A stretch of DNA of 64,000 nucleotides from Acidimicrobiia bacterium. GTDB taxonomy: Bacteria > Actinomycetota > Acidimicrobiia > Acidimicrobiales > JBBSGY01. Numbering within the stretch: the first letter of the stretch is position 1; the number at the start of each line of letters is the position of its first letter. The notes beneath the pieces were generated by a model. It was not told the origin of the DNA, searched no databases, and saw only the letters and a program-made list of their open reading frames with translations. The stretch is taken from NCBI GenBank assembly GCA_039812705.1, contig JBDIBA010000004.1:269-64268 (forward strand). The letters run 5' to 3'. The translations under genes were made by a program, and so were the position numbers. This document shows, piece by piece, positions 37,638-45,753 of this stretch.

Positions 37638-37771
37638 CTGCGCCTCTTCCCTTGGTTGGTGCTTCTTAGATTTCAATTTCTGCGATCTTCGTTGCGAGCC
37701 TTTTATGTCTTGATCCGTGGCCCAAGACGGGCCCGAAGACCCAAAGACTGTTCGCAAACGACTATTAAAGC

Positions 37772-37785
37772 AGAACGGGCGTTCG
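37772..37785. promoter_or_regulatory. LexA (SOS) box upstream of lexA
   Basis: aGAAC-GGGC-GTTCg, a perfect GAAC-N4-GTTC core, about 136 nt upstream of the lexA ATG on its own promoter side (autoregulation). Confidence 0.75.
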
Positions 37786-37980
37786 TCTGTGTGGATATCA
37801 AGGCGAACTGTCGGCGAACCTCGCGGGAATCGCAACAATGACCAGGTCAGCGGGCCGTATTCGATGACTGTCACACCCTCTGGGCAGTGTTTGTTCCTGT
37901 GGTTAGAGGTTTGATCAGTGTTTTGGCTAGTGGATTCCTTGAGGAGGCGGTTGCCGGCTTTGGGCGTCATGTCTCCGAAA

Positions 37981-38062
37981 TCGAACACAATTTCGCAAAA
38001 GCAGTTGCGCCGCACATGTGTTCGTGCTTAGGTATCTGCATCCCGCCCCGAACACATGTTTC
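37981..38062. promoter_or_regulatory. cluster of three degenerate SOS-like boxes upstream of the LysM gene
   Basis: tcGAACacaaTTTCg at 37981-37995, GCACatgtGTTC at 38022-38033 and cGAACacatGTTTc at 38049-38062. Each has 1-2 mismatches to GAAC-N4-GTTC. The last lies 25 nt before the ATG at 38087. Confidence 0.45.
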
Positions 38063-38086
38063 AGTGTCAACGAAACGGAGAGTCAG

Positions 38087-38491
38087 ATGGCAGCAGTAGT
38101 ACACACATTTCCCCGCAGCGTTCTGCACGAACTTGATGCGCCGTGGTCTTCTGAACCGCTTGCAGAAGTGGTGCCCATTCCACAGCGCAATTCCATGCGT
38201 GCTGTCTACGTCCGTCGTCGTATTGCGTCGGCCGCAGTTGCGCTTCTGATTGCTGCAGTAGTGGTTGTTTCTGTGCAAACGGTTTTTGCGACTGCAGTTG
38301 TGGTTCAGCCGACGTCTCAGGCAGTCACCGTTAAAGCAGGCGAGGTGTACCAGGTCAAACCGAACGACACGCTTTGGTCAATTGTGTCGGCCGCACACCC
38401 TGGTGAAGACCCACGCGAGACCATTGCTAAGGCAACAAAAGCTGGCCTGTCCACGCAGCTTCAAGTCGGGGACATCATCACGGTCCCTTAA
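38087..38491 (+). CDS. LysM-domain membrane protein (positional analogue of mycobacterial ChiZ, divergent from lexA)
   Basis: 134 aa from the ATG after ACGGAGAG. It has one TM segment (AAVALLIAAVVVVSV) and a C-terminal LysM domain (YQVKPNDTLWSIVSAA...LQVGDIITVP). The track ORF starts at 38018. Confidence 0.78.
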   Translation: MAAVVHTFPRSVLHELDAPWSSEPLAEVVPIPQRNSMRAVYVRRRIASAAVALLIAAVVVVSVQTVFATAVVVQPTSQAVTVKAGEVYQVKPNDTLWSIVSAAHPGEDPRETIAKATKAGLSTQLQVGDIITVP

Positions 38492-38566
38492 ACCGTGCAG
38501 ATGTCTAAGTGGGTGAAGTTGTTGTCTGGCTTGTTGCGGTTGTTGTCAGGGCTGTTGCTGACGGCT

Positions 38567-39355
38567 TTAGCGGCCGTCTGGAAGCGGAGAAACCACCTTC
38601 AGTGCGGCATCGAACAGTTCGGGGTTTGCGCCAACAATGTTTCGGTTGGGCCCGGTCGTTGGTTCGCGAAGCACCTTGGCTCCGGCTTCGGTGGCGATTG
38701 CAATACCGGCGCAAACATCCCAGTCCTTGACGAAGGACTGGGCGTAGACGTCAATGCGTCCGGCGGCCAGAAAGCACATGTCGAGTGCGGCCGATCCTGT
38801 GCGCCTGATGTCTCGAAACTCTCCGAGCATTGGGGCCAGCCAGTTGCCCTCGGCCAGACGTTGTTCGGCGCCATAGGAAAAGCCGGTGCCCAACATGGCG
38901 AGGTTGGTGTTGTGCTGGGTGGAACACGCAATGGGTTGGTCATTGAGAAATGCCCCCTTGCCGCTTGCGGCACTGAAAAGTTCATCCATTGCGGGGTTGA
39001 AAACCGCGCCTGCTACGGGCACGCCATCGACCTCGGCTCCGATGCTCACGGCAAACAGCGGCATTCCGTAAACGAAGTTGACCGTGCCATCGAGGGGGTC
39101 AATTACCCAGCGAACCCCAGTAGTGGATTCCTTGAAAGTTCCTTCTTCGCCAAGCAGTCCGTCGTCGGGTCGGCATTCGAGGATTGCCTCGGTAATGAAC
39201 GCTTCGCTCCGTTTGTCTGTTTCGGTGACGACATCGACTGCAGAAGTCTTGGTGTCAATGTCCCCAAAGCCCTCGTTCCGTCCTTGCAGAAGTATTTGGC
39301 CGGCCCCGCGGGCAATCTCTGTAGCGATGTTGCAGAGTTCCGTCGAATCGATCAT
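38567..39355 (-). CDS. inositol monophosphatase family protein
   Basis: 262 aa with IMPase motifs LLGEEG, WVIDPLDGTVNF and a WD..AG-type C-terminal motif (KDWDVCAG). Confidence 0.9.
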   Translation of the reverse strand: MIDSTELCNIATEIARGAGQILLQGRNEGFGDIDTKTSAVDVVTETDKRSEAFITEAILECRPDDGLLGEEGTFKESTTGVRWVIDPLDGTVNFVYGMPLFAVSIGAEVDGVPVAGAVFNPAMDELFSAASGKGAFLNDQPIACSTQHNTNLAMLGTGFSYGAEQRLAEGNWLAPMLGEFRDIRRTGSAALDMCFLAAGRIDVYAQSFVKDWDVCAGIAIATEAGAKVLREPTTGPNRNIVGANPELFDAALKVVSPLPDGR

Positions 39356-39518
39356 TGCAACTGTCTAATCGAGGCACTGAGGGTTGTCGTCCTTTGCCTT
39401 GTGAGTTGCTTCGCGAGGCCGGTTGTGAGACGACTGCGTTTCACTGTTCGACAACCAAGAAGGCTCGATGGGAATGGCGTCGTGCCGATTGCGGAGCCGC
39501 GCAGCTACGATTGGCGAA

Positions 39519-40289
39519 ATGAATTCGATGTCAGCCTTAGTGATTATCCCGACGTACCAAGAGGCCGCGAACATCGACAATGTTTTGACCCAGGTCCGTT
39601 CGGCGTTGCCAGACGCCCACGTTTTGGTCGTGGACGACTCGAGTCCGGACGAAACCGCAGAGCTGGCTGGAAAGGTCGCGACCCGGTTGGGCGGCATCGA
39701 CGTCTTGGTGCGTCCCGGCAAAGATGGCCTTGGCGCTGCATATCGTGCGGGCTTCGCCTGGGGTCAGAAGAATGGCTACGAGATCATGATCGAGATGGAT
39801 GCCGACATGTCTCACGACCCGGCTGCACTTCCTCGTCTGGTCGAGGGAATCGAATCCGGCGCAGACCTGGTCATCGGGTCGCGCTATGTCGCCGGTGGTG
39901 CAGTTCCTGGTTGGCCCGCTCACAGGCTGCTGTTGTCGCGTGGCGGAAACGCATACGCGCGCACGCTTCTTGGCATGAAGGTGGTCGACCTCACCTCTGG
40001 CTACCGCGCATTTCGGTCGTCGAAGCTTGCGCAGATCAACCTCGGCGCAGTTCGTGCAGATGGTTACGGCTTTCAGATCGAGCTGGCTTATCGCATGGCG
40101 CGCATCGGGGGAGTCATCAAAGAAGTTCCCATCACCTTCGTCGACCGAACGCAGGGCAAGTCCAAAATGTCGTCGCGCATCATTGTCGAGGCGCTCGGTC
40201 TGGTCACCATGTGGGCAGTCCGCGATCGTTTCAACGTGGTGAGCGGGTTCGCACAGCGCGCGGTGCAGCAGCGACGCCAAAAGCGATAA
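39519..40289 (+). CDS. GT2 polyprenol-phosphate mannosyltransferase-like enzyme (Ppm1/Dpm1 family)
   Basis: ALVIIPTYQEAANI, VVDDSSPD and the DxD motif MDADMSHDP, with GSRY downstream. The ATG at 39519 was chosen; the track ORF starts at 39468. Confidence 0.83.
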   Translation: MNSMSALVIIPTYQEAANIDNVLTQVRSALPDAHVLVVDDSSPDETAELAGKVATRLGGIDVLVRPGKDGLGAAYRAGFAWGQKNGYEIMIEMDADMSHDPAALPRLVEGIESGADLVIGSRYVAGGAVPGWPAHRLLLSRGGNAYARTLLGMKVVDLTSGYRAFRSSKLAQINLGAVRADGYGFQIELAYRMARIGGVIKEVPITFVDRTQGKSKMSSRIIVEALGLVTMWAVRDRFNVVSGFAQRAVQQRRQKR

Positions 40290-40334
40290 CGCGCAGCCCG
40301 GCGGGCTTTGGCGGTGAGCGACGTGGCTGATTCG

Positions 40335-41711
40335 ATGTCGCGAGCAATTCTTCACGTCGACATGGACTGCTTTTTCGCGGCGGTCGAAGCACTAGAAGAC
40401 CCATCTCTTCGCAATCGACCGCTGATTGTTGGTGGCGACGGTGCTCGAGGAGTTGTCGCATCGTGTTCCTATGAGGCGCGCAGCTATGGCATTCGCTCGG
40501 CAATGCCATCGGTGCGGGCTAAGCGGCTGTGTCCTCATGCGGTGTTTGTGCCGGGTCATTACGGCTTGTATCAGGACTACAGCGCCAGATTGATGGAAGT
40601 GCTCCGATCCTTTACTCCGTTAGTGGAACCGTTGTCTCTCGACGAAGCTTTCCTCGATGTGACGGGAAGTCAAAGGTTGTTCGGTTCGCCGTTACAGATC
40701 GGCTGGCAAATTCGCGAGGGTGTTTTTGATGCTCTGGGACTCGATTGTTCGGTTGGCGTAGCCAACACCAAGCACCTCGCAAAGCTCACTTCGGTCCGCG
40801 CAAAACCAAAGGCTTCGCGCAATGGCCCGGTCGACGGTGCGGGTGTATTCGAGGTTAAAGACAATGAGGCAATCGAGTTTCTGCACGGGTTGCCGGTGCG
40901 CGCAATTTGGGGAATCGGTCAAAAGACAGCAGACCGCTTGGCTGCAATGGGAATTGAATCGGTTGGTCAACTTGCTTCAACGTCGGCTGATCGGTTGAAG
41001 CGGGTCCTTGGTGAAGTCACTGCACTGCACTTGATTGACCTTGCTTGGAACCGGGACGATCGCGAAGTCATCACAGATCACGTGGCGAAATCCGTCGGTC
41101 ATGAGCAGACCTACGAAGCCGACTTGAGAGATCGCAGCGAGGTTCATCATCAAGTCGTGCGCTTGGCTGATGCCGTGACGGCACGCCTTCGCAAGGGAGG
41201 AAAGTCTGGGCGTACCATCACACTCAAGGTCCGCTTTGGTGACTTTCGCACCATTACCCGGTCTCGGACTCTCCCAAAGGCGTCGGCGAATCTTCAAACA
41301 ATGGTGGGTGTCGTTGAGGGACTTCTTGATGACATCGAACTTGCCAGCGGAGTGCGCCTGCTTGGCATTTCGGTATCGAACCTTGGTGCGCTGCACGAGT
41401 CAAGCCAGCTTTCACTCGACGGGCTCATCAGTGACACATCACCGGTTCACGCAACGCCGTTGAAGAAGGCAGGCGCTTCGTACGAGGTCGATAGTCCTGA
41501 GAACGCGTCGACAAGAGCCGAAGCGATGTTGTCATCGCCAACGGTCGTTGAAACGAATCGCATGCTTGATGAAGCTCTCGATTTGGTGCGCGCGCGCTTT
41601 GGCGAGGCCAGCGTTGTGCCCGGTCAACTCGTTTCCAAGAAAACCCCAGGTTCACCAAGGTTGTTGCGCCATGGTGATCAGCAGTGGGGTCCAACAAAGC
41701 GCAACGTGTGA
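40335..41711 (+). CDS. dinB: DNA polymerase IV (Y-family)
   Basis: ILHVDMDCFFAAVE, SLDEAFLDVT and the little-finger region are present, with an extended C-terminus. The ATG at 40335 was chosen. In-frame TTG at 40308 and GTG at 40314 are alternatives. Confidence 0.93.
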   Translation: MSRAILHVDMDCFFAAVEALEDPSLRNRPLIVGGDGARGVVASCSYEARSYGIRSAMPSVRAKRLCPHAVFVPGHYGLYQDYSARLMEVLRSFTPLVEPLSLDEAFLDVTGSQRLFGSPLQIGWQIREGVFDALGLDCSVGVANTKHLAKLTSVRAKPKASRNGPVDGAGVFEVKDNEAIEFLHGLPVRAIWGIGQKTADRLAAMGIESVGQLASTSADRLKRVLGEVTALHLIDLAWNRDDREVITDHVAKSVGHEQTYEADLRDRSEVHHQVVRLADAVTARLRKGGKSGRTITLKVRFGDFRTITRSRTLPKASANLQTMVGVVEGLLDDIELASGVRLLGISVSNLGALHESSQLSLDGLISDTSPVHATPLKKAGASYEVDSPENASTRAEAMLSSPTVVETNRMLDEALDLVRARFGEASVVPGQLVSKKTPGSPRLLRHGDQQWGPTKRNV

Positions 41712-41788
41712 AACGCGTCATCCGTCTTGTCGAACCGCACTATCGCGGTAATAATTGTGGTTTGAACCTGCAGCCTGGGGGGCGCATC

Positions 41789-42142
41789 GTGCCGTTGTCT
41801 GAAGAGGAACAACGCATTCTTCGCGACATTGAAGCCAACTTCTACGAGCACGACCCGAAGTTTGTTCGTGCTGTGAATCGCGCGGACAGCAGGTTTGGCA
41901 CTCTCCGCGGCATCAAGATGCCGATCGCCACATTTCTCCTTGGTCTGGCAATGGTGCTCGGCACCTACCACCGCATTTGGATTCTTGCGGCGCTCGGTTT
42001 TGTGGTCATGGTTGCGAGTGCGGGCATCGTCGTTCAGAACATCAGTCAACGCATCACGCAGGCCAATAACGATGACGATGAGCCCGATGCCGAAGGCGGC
42101 GAAGCGGGTTCGCGCGACTTCGATGGGTGGCCAAGGGTCTAA
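41789..42142 (+). CDS. DUF3040 family membrane protein
   Basis: The GTG at 41789 after GGGGGG gives VPLSEEEQRILRDIEANFYEHDPKF, the characteristic DUF3040 N-terminus, followed by two hydrophobic segments. The track ORF starts at 41684, inside dinB. Confidence 0.75.
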   Translation: MPLSEEEQRILRDIEANFYEHDPKFVRAVNRADSRFGTLRGIKMPIATFLLGLAMVLGTYHRIWILAALGFVVMVASAGIVVQNISQRITQANNDDDEPDAEGGEAGSRDFDGWPRV

Positions 42143-42268
42143 ACCGCCGGTTCCCGCTGCACGTTGCAGGGTGCAACAGGGTTCCCTCATAGCCCTCTGA
42201 CCTGGGAAGACGCGGACGTTTGTCGGCAAAGTTCGTTTTGACGACTTGGCCATATATCTTGTGCATTC

Positions 42269-42529
42269 GTGATTCGAACTCAAGCCGCGACATCGATAGT
42301 TGTCGCTGTAGTCAAACGACCCGATCTATGGGCGACGGCAGTCCGCCAGCTCTTTGCGCTGGCCCCCGCAAGGTGGTGGGCCAAGGCTCCATTCTTGCCT
42401 TTGCCCGAGCCCGACTATTTGGCGTTTCGGTTCGAAACCGCCTATGGAAGTGGCGACGCGACCCCGCCGGCAAATGATGTCGTCAGTTATTTGGTGTGGT
42501 GCCGTAGACAAAGGGCGTTAGCAAGATGA
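42269..42529 (+). CDS. small hypothetical protein, translationally coupled to the downstream HAD gene
   Basis: 86-aa ORF. Its stop overlaps the next ATG (ATGA at 42526-42529). I recognise no motif, and the start is uncertain. Confidence 0.45.
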   Translation: MIRTQAATSIVVAVVKRPDLWATAVRQLFALAPARWWAKAPFLPLPEPDYLAFRFETAYGSGDATPPANDVVSYLVWCRRQRALAR

Positions 42530-43287
42530 GTGAAGACAAAAACCGCGATCTGCTGGGCGGCAACTACGACGCGTTTCTCTTTGACATGGATGGCGTTTTG
42601 ACCGATACCGCGGTGACTCACGCGTCTGCTTGGAAAGAGACGTTTGACGAAGTCCTTCACGCTCGTGCCACAGAAATGAATCAGCCGTTTGTGCCATTCA
42701 GTATCGAAAACGACTACGTGAGGTACGTGGACGGAAAGCGCCGAGAAGACGGCGTCAAAAGTTTTCTCGAATCGCGCGACATTCATTTGCCAACGGGAGA
42801 CCCAACCGATGCGCCCGGAGTCACGTCCGTCTACGCGGTTGGCAACAAGAAGAATCAGCTGCTTCTGGCTGTCATGGCACGCGATGGCGTCAAGTCCTAC
42901 GAGGACGCGCTTGACCTCTTGCGCGAGTTGAAGAACAGGGGAGCCAAGCTTGGTGTTGTGTCGTCTAGTGCGAACACAACAGCTGTTCTAACGACAGTTG
43001 GCATCAAGGACATCTTTGACACCCAGATTGACGGCGTTGTTGCCGCTCAGATGAACCTCCCGGGCAAGCCGGCGCCAGACACTTTTGTCAAGGCTGCTGA
43101 ATTGCTTGGAACCACCGCTGACCGGACAGTCATCTTTGAAGACGCAGAAGCCGGTGTTGCAGCGGGGCGAAGCGGTCGGTTTGGTCTGACCGTCGGAGTC
43201 GACCGCGTGAACAACGCTTCGGGTCTTATTGAGCACGGCGCAGATGTTGTGTCGTCCGATCTGCGCGAGTTCATTCCAAGTCGCTAA
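42526..43287 (+). CDS. pgmB: HAD-superfamily beta-phosphoglucomutase-like hydrolase
   Basis: 253 aa with HAD motif I FLFDMDGVLTDT, then SSS and EDAEAGV motifs. It lies immediately upstream of a GH65 phosphorylase, which is the classic pairing. Confidence 0.82.
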   Translation: MSEDKNRDLLGGNYDAFLFDMDGVLTDTAVTHASAWKETFDEVLHARATEMNQPFVPFSIENDYVRYVDGKRREDGVKSFLESRDIHLPTGDPTDAPGVTSVYAVGNKKNQLLLAVMARDGVKSYEDALDLLRELKNRGAKLGVVSSSANTTAVLTTVGIKDIFDTQIDGVVAAQMNLPGKPAPDTFVKAAELLGTTADRTVIFEDAEAGVAAGRSGRFGLTVGVDRVNNASGLIEHGADVVSSDLREFIPSR

Positions 43288-43344
43288 GCATCAGCTGAGC
43301 GCAACTTCCCTAACCAACCCCCACCAGCCTGCAAAGGTGTGCCA

Positions 43345-45738
43345 ATGAGCGAAAACAATGTGTTCACAGTCGACCCGTGGAAGCTCCGCGAAGTCGCATT
43401 CGACATCGATGTCCTCCCACAGGCCGAAACGCTGTTCGCTCTTGCCAATGGTCACATCGGTATGCGTGGAACGCTTGACGAAGGCGAGCCTCACGGCTTG
43501 CCGGGTTCTTACCTGAACTCGGTTTACGAAAAGCGTCCATTGCCGCACGCCGAAGCCGCCTATGGAAATCCGGAGTCCAGTCAGACCGTCATTAACGTGA
43601 CGGACGGCAAGCTGTTTCGTCTGTTGGTTGAAGATGAGCCGTTTGACATTCGTTACGGCGAGCTTCTCGAACACGAACGTGAGCTCGACTTCCGTGACGG
43701 CGTGCTGCGCAGAAACGTCATGTGGCGTTCGCCGGCCGGACAAACGGTTCGGGTTCATTCCGAGCGCATTGTTTCGTTGACTCAGCGCTCAATTGCAGCA
43801 ATCAAGTACGAAGTCGAAGCGGTCGACAAAGAACTGCGCATTGTTGTGCAGTCCGAGCTGGTTGCCAATGAGCAAATGCCTGGCGAGTCAAAAGACCCGC
43901 GCACGGCTGCGGTGCTGCACAAGCCTTTGGTCGCCGAGGACCAATCCTGCACAGGGACCTTTGTCTCATTGACTCACACAACGCGCGAAAGTGGTTTACG
44001 TGTGTCTGCGGCAATGGATCACAGCATCGAAGGACCAAGCGCGACACTGGTTTCGTCCGACGTAAACCACGACACGGGCCGCGTGACCATCACGACCGTG
44101 TTGCAACCGGGTGAACGCCTCCAAGTTCTCAAGTTTCTTGGTTATGGATGGTCGTCTGCTCGCTCGTTGCCCGCACTTCGTGACCAGGTTGCCGCGGCTC
44201 TGACAATGGCCAAGCACACCGGCTGGACAAACCTCTTAGAGGAGCAGGCCAACTACTTGCGTGACTATTGGGACAACTCTGACGTTGTGATCGATGGTGA
44301 TGCCGAACTGCAACAGGCCATTCGCCTTGGCCTTTTTCACATCATGCAGTGCACGGCACGCGCCGAGCGCCGCGCCATTCCCGCCAAGGGTCTAAGCGGG
44401 CCGGGCTATGACGGTCATGCGTTTTGGGACATGGAAACGTTTCTGCTCCAGGTTCTCACTTATACGCATCCGGCTGCTGCCGCCGACACGTTGCGTTGGA
44501 GGCACTCCATTCTCCCGATGGCGCGCGAGCGTGCCCAGCAACTTGGATTCAAAGGCGCGTTGTTCCCGTGGCGAACCATTGCCGGCGAAGAGTGCTCGGG
44601 TTACTGGCCTGCTGGCACTGCCGCGTTCCACATCGATGCTGACATTGCCGATGCGGTAATCCGCTACCTCGACGTAACCCAAGACGAACAGTTTGAACGC
44701 TCGATCGGCCTTGAGTTGCTTGTTGAAACCGCACGCTTCTGGCGCTCGGTCGGGCAGTTCGACTTGACGGGCAAGTTCCGAATCGATGGCGTGACGGGCC
44801 CCGACGAGTACAGCTCCATTGCGGACAACAACGTCTACACAAACTTGATGGCGCAACGAAACCTTTGGGCCGCGGCAGATGTTGCTGCAAAGCACAACGA
44901 CCATGCGCAGGCAATGGGTGTGTCTAACGAAGACATTGCCGCGTGGCGCTCAGCTGCTGATGCCATGTATGTGCCGTTTGATGAAGCGCGTGGCATTCAC
45001 CCGCAATCGGAGAACTTCACAAACCACGAGGTTTGGGATTTCGCCAACACGCCTGACGAGAAGTACCCGTTGTTGTTGCACTACCCATACCTGGACTTGT
45101 ACCGCAAGCAAGTGGTCAAGCAGGCCGACCTTGTTCTTGCCATGCAGATGCGTCCAGATGTGTTCTCCGACGAACAAATGCGCAAGAACTTTGAGTATTA
45201 CGAGGCCATCACGGTTCGAGACTCGTCCTTGTCTGCTTGTACGCAAGCCGTAATGGCTGCATGGTGCGGTCACCTAGATCTTGCGTACGACTACTTGGGT
45301 GAATCCGCCCTTGTTGACTTGCACGACCTTGCGGGAAACACCCGCGATGGTTTGCACATGGCATCCCTGGCGGGTTCATGGGCGATTCTCACCATTGGTT
45401 TTGGAGGCATGGTCCTGAGCGATGGCGTGCTGACGTTCAAGCCACGTCTGCCTCACGACCTGAACCGTGTTGGTTTCAACGTAAACATGCGTGGACGTTT
45501 GCTGCGCGTTGAGATCACCAAGGAAACCGTGACGTATCGCAACGAGAGCGCAGAGCCGATCGAAATTGGCCACTACGACGAGCTCGTTACGTTGGAGTGT
45601 GGCAACCCGGTTACGCGCAAGCTCCCCGTGCTTCCGTCGCTGCCGCGTCCGCGCCAGCCAGAGCGCAAGGAGCCCGTGGTTCGCTCTTCTCGGCCGCAGT
45701 CCTACAGCGATGTAGTGGGTGACGCTGCGTCCAAATAG
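43345..45738 (+). CDS. glycoside hydrolase family 65 disaccharide phosphorylase (trehalose/maltose/kojibiose type)
   Basis: About 797 aa with a GH65 N-domain, a central (alpha/alpha)6 domain (GHAFWDMETF, GPDEYSSIADNNVYTN) and a C-domain. The ATG at 43345 lies 7 nt after AAAGG. The track start is GTG 43339. Confidence 0.9.
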   Translation: MSENNVFTVDPWKLREVAFDIDVLPQAETLFALANGHIGMRGTLDEGEPHGLPGSYLNSVYEKRPLPHAEAAYGNPESSQTVINVTDGKLFRLLVEDEPFDIRYGELLEHERELDFRDGVLRRNVMWRSPAGQTVRVHSERIVSLTQRSIAAIKYEVEAVDKELRIVVQSELVANEQMPGESKDPRTAAVLHKPLVAEDQSCTGTFVSLTHTTRESGLRVSAAMDHSIEGPSATLVSSDVNHDTGRVTITTVLQPGERLQVLKFLGYGWSSARSLPALRDQVAAALTMAKHTGWTNLLEEQANYLRDYWDNSDVVIDGDAELQQAIRLGLFHIMQCTARAERRAIPAKGLSGPGYDGHAFWDMETFLLQVLTYTHPAAAADTLRWRHSILPMARERAQQLGFKGALFPWRTIAGEECSGYWPAGTAAFHIDADIADAVIRYLDVTQDEQFERSIGLELLVETARFWRSVGQFDLTGKFRIDGVTGPDEYSSIADNNVYTNLMAQRNLWAAADVAAKHNDHAQAMGVSNEDIAAWRSAADAMYVPFDEARGIHPQSENFTNHEVWDFANTPDEKYPLLLHYPYLDLYRKQVVKQADLVLAMQMRPDVFSDEQMRKNFEYYEAITVRDSSLSACTQAVMAAWCGHLDLAYDYLGESALVDLHDLAGNTRDGLHMASLAGSWAILTIGFGGMVLSDGVLTFKPRLPHDLNRVGFNVNMRGRLLRVEITKETVTYRNESAEPIEIGHYDELVTLECGNPVTRKLPVLPSLPRPRQPERKEPVVRSSRPQSYSDVVGDAASK

Positions 45739-45753
45739 TTGGACATGCAGTCG

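Noticed and set aside
37638-38015. The N-terminal 126-codon extension of the lexA ORF.
   Set aside because: It has no LexA similarity and would place the LexA box inside the coding sequence. The ATG at 37637 yields a normal-length LexA with the wHTH near the N-terminus.
38520-38560. Direct repeats gttgttgtctgg / gttgttgtcagg and a 5-bp hairpin in the convergent LysM / IMPase gap.
   Set aside because: They are short and imperfect, with no T-tract. They are compatible with chance in a 75-nt spacer, so I do not call a terminator or repeat.
38495-40330. A 611-aa + strand ORF, the longest unexplained ORF in the track.
   Set aside because: It runs antisense through the inositol-monophosphatase gene, which has clear DPLDGT and GEEG motifs. 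It then continues out of frame through the GT2 gene. The translation is Arg/Gly/Cys/Trp-rich with no motif. This is a typical shadow ORF of GC-rich coding DNA.
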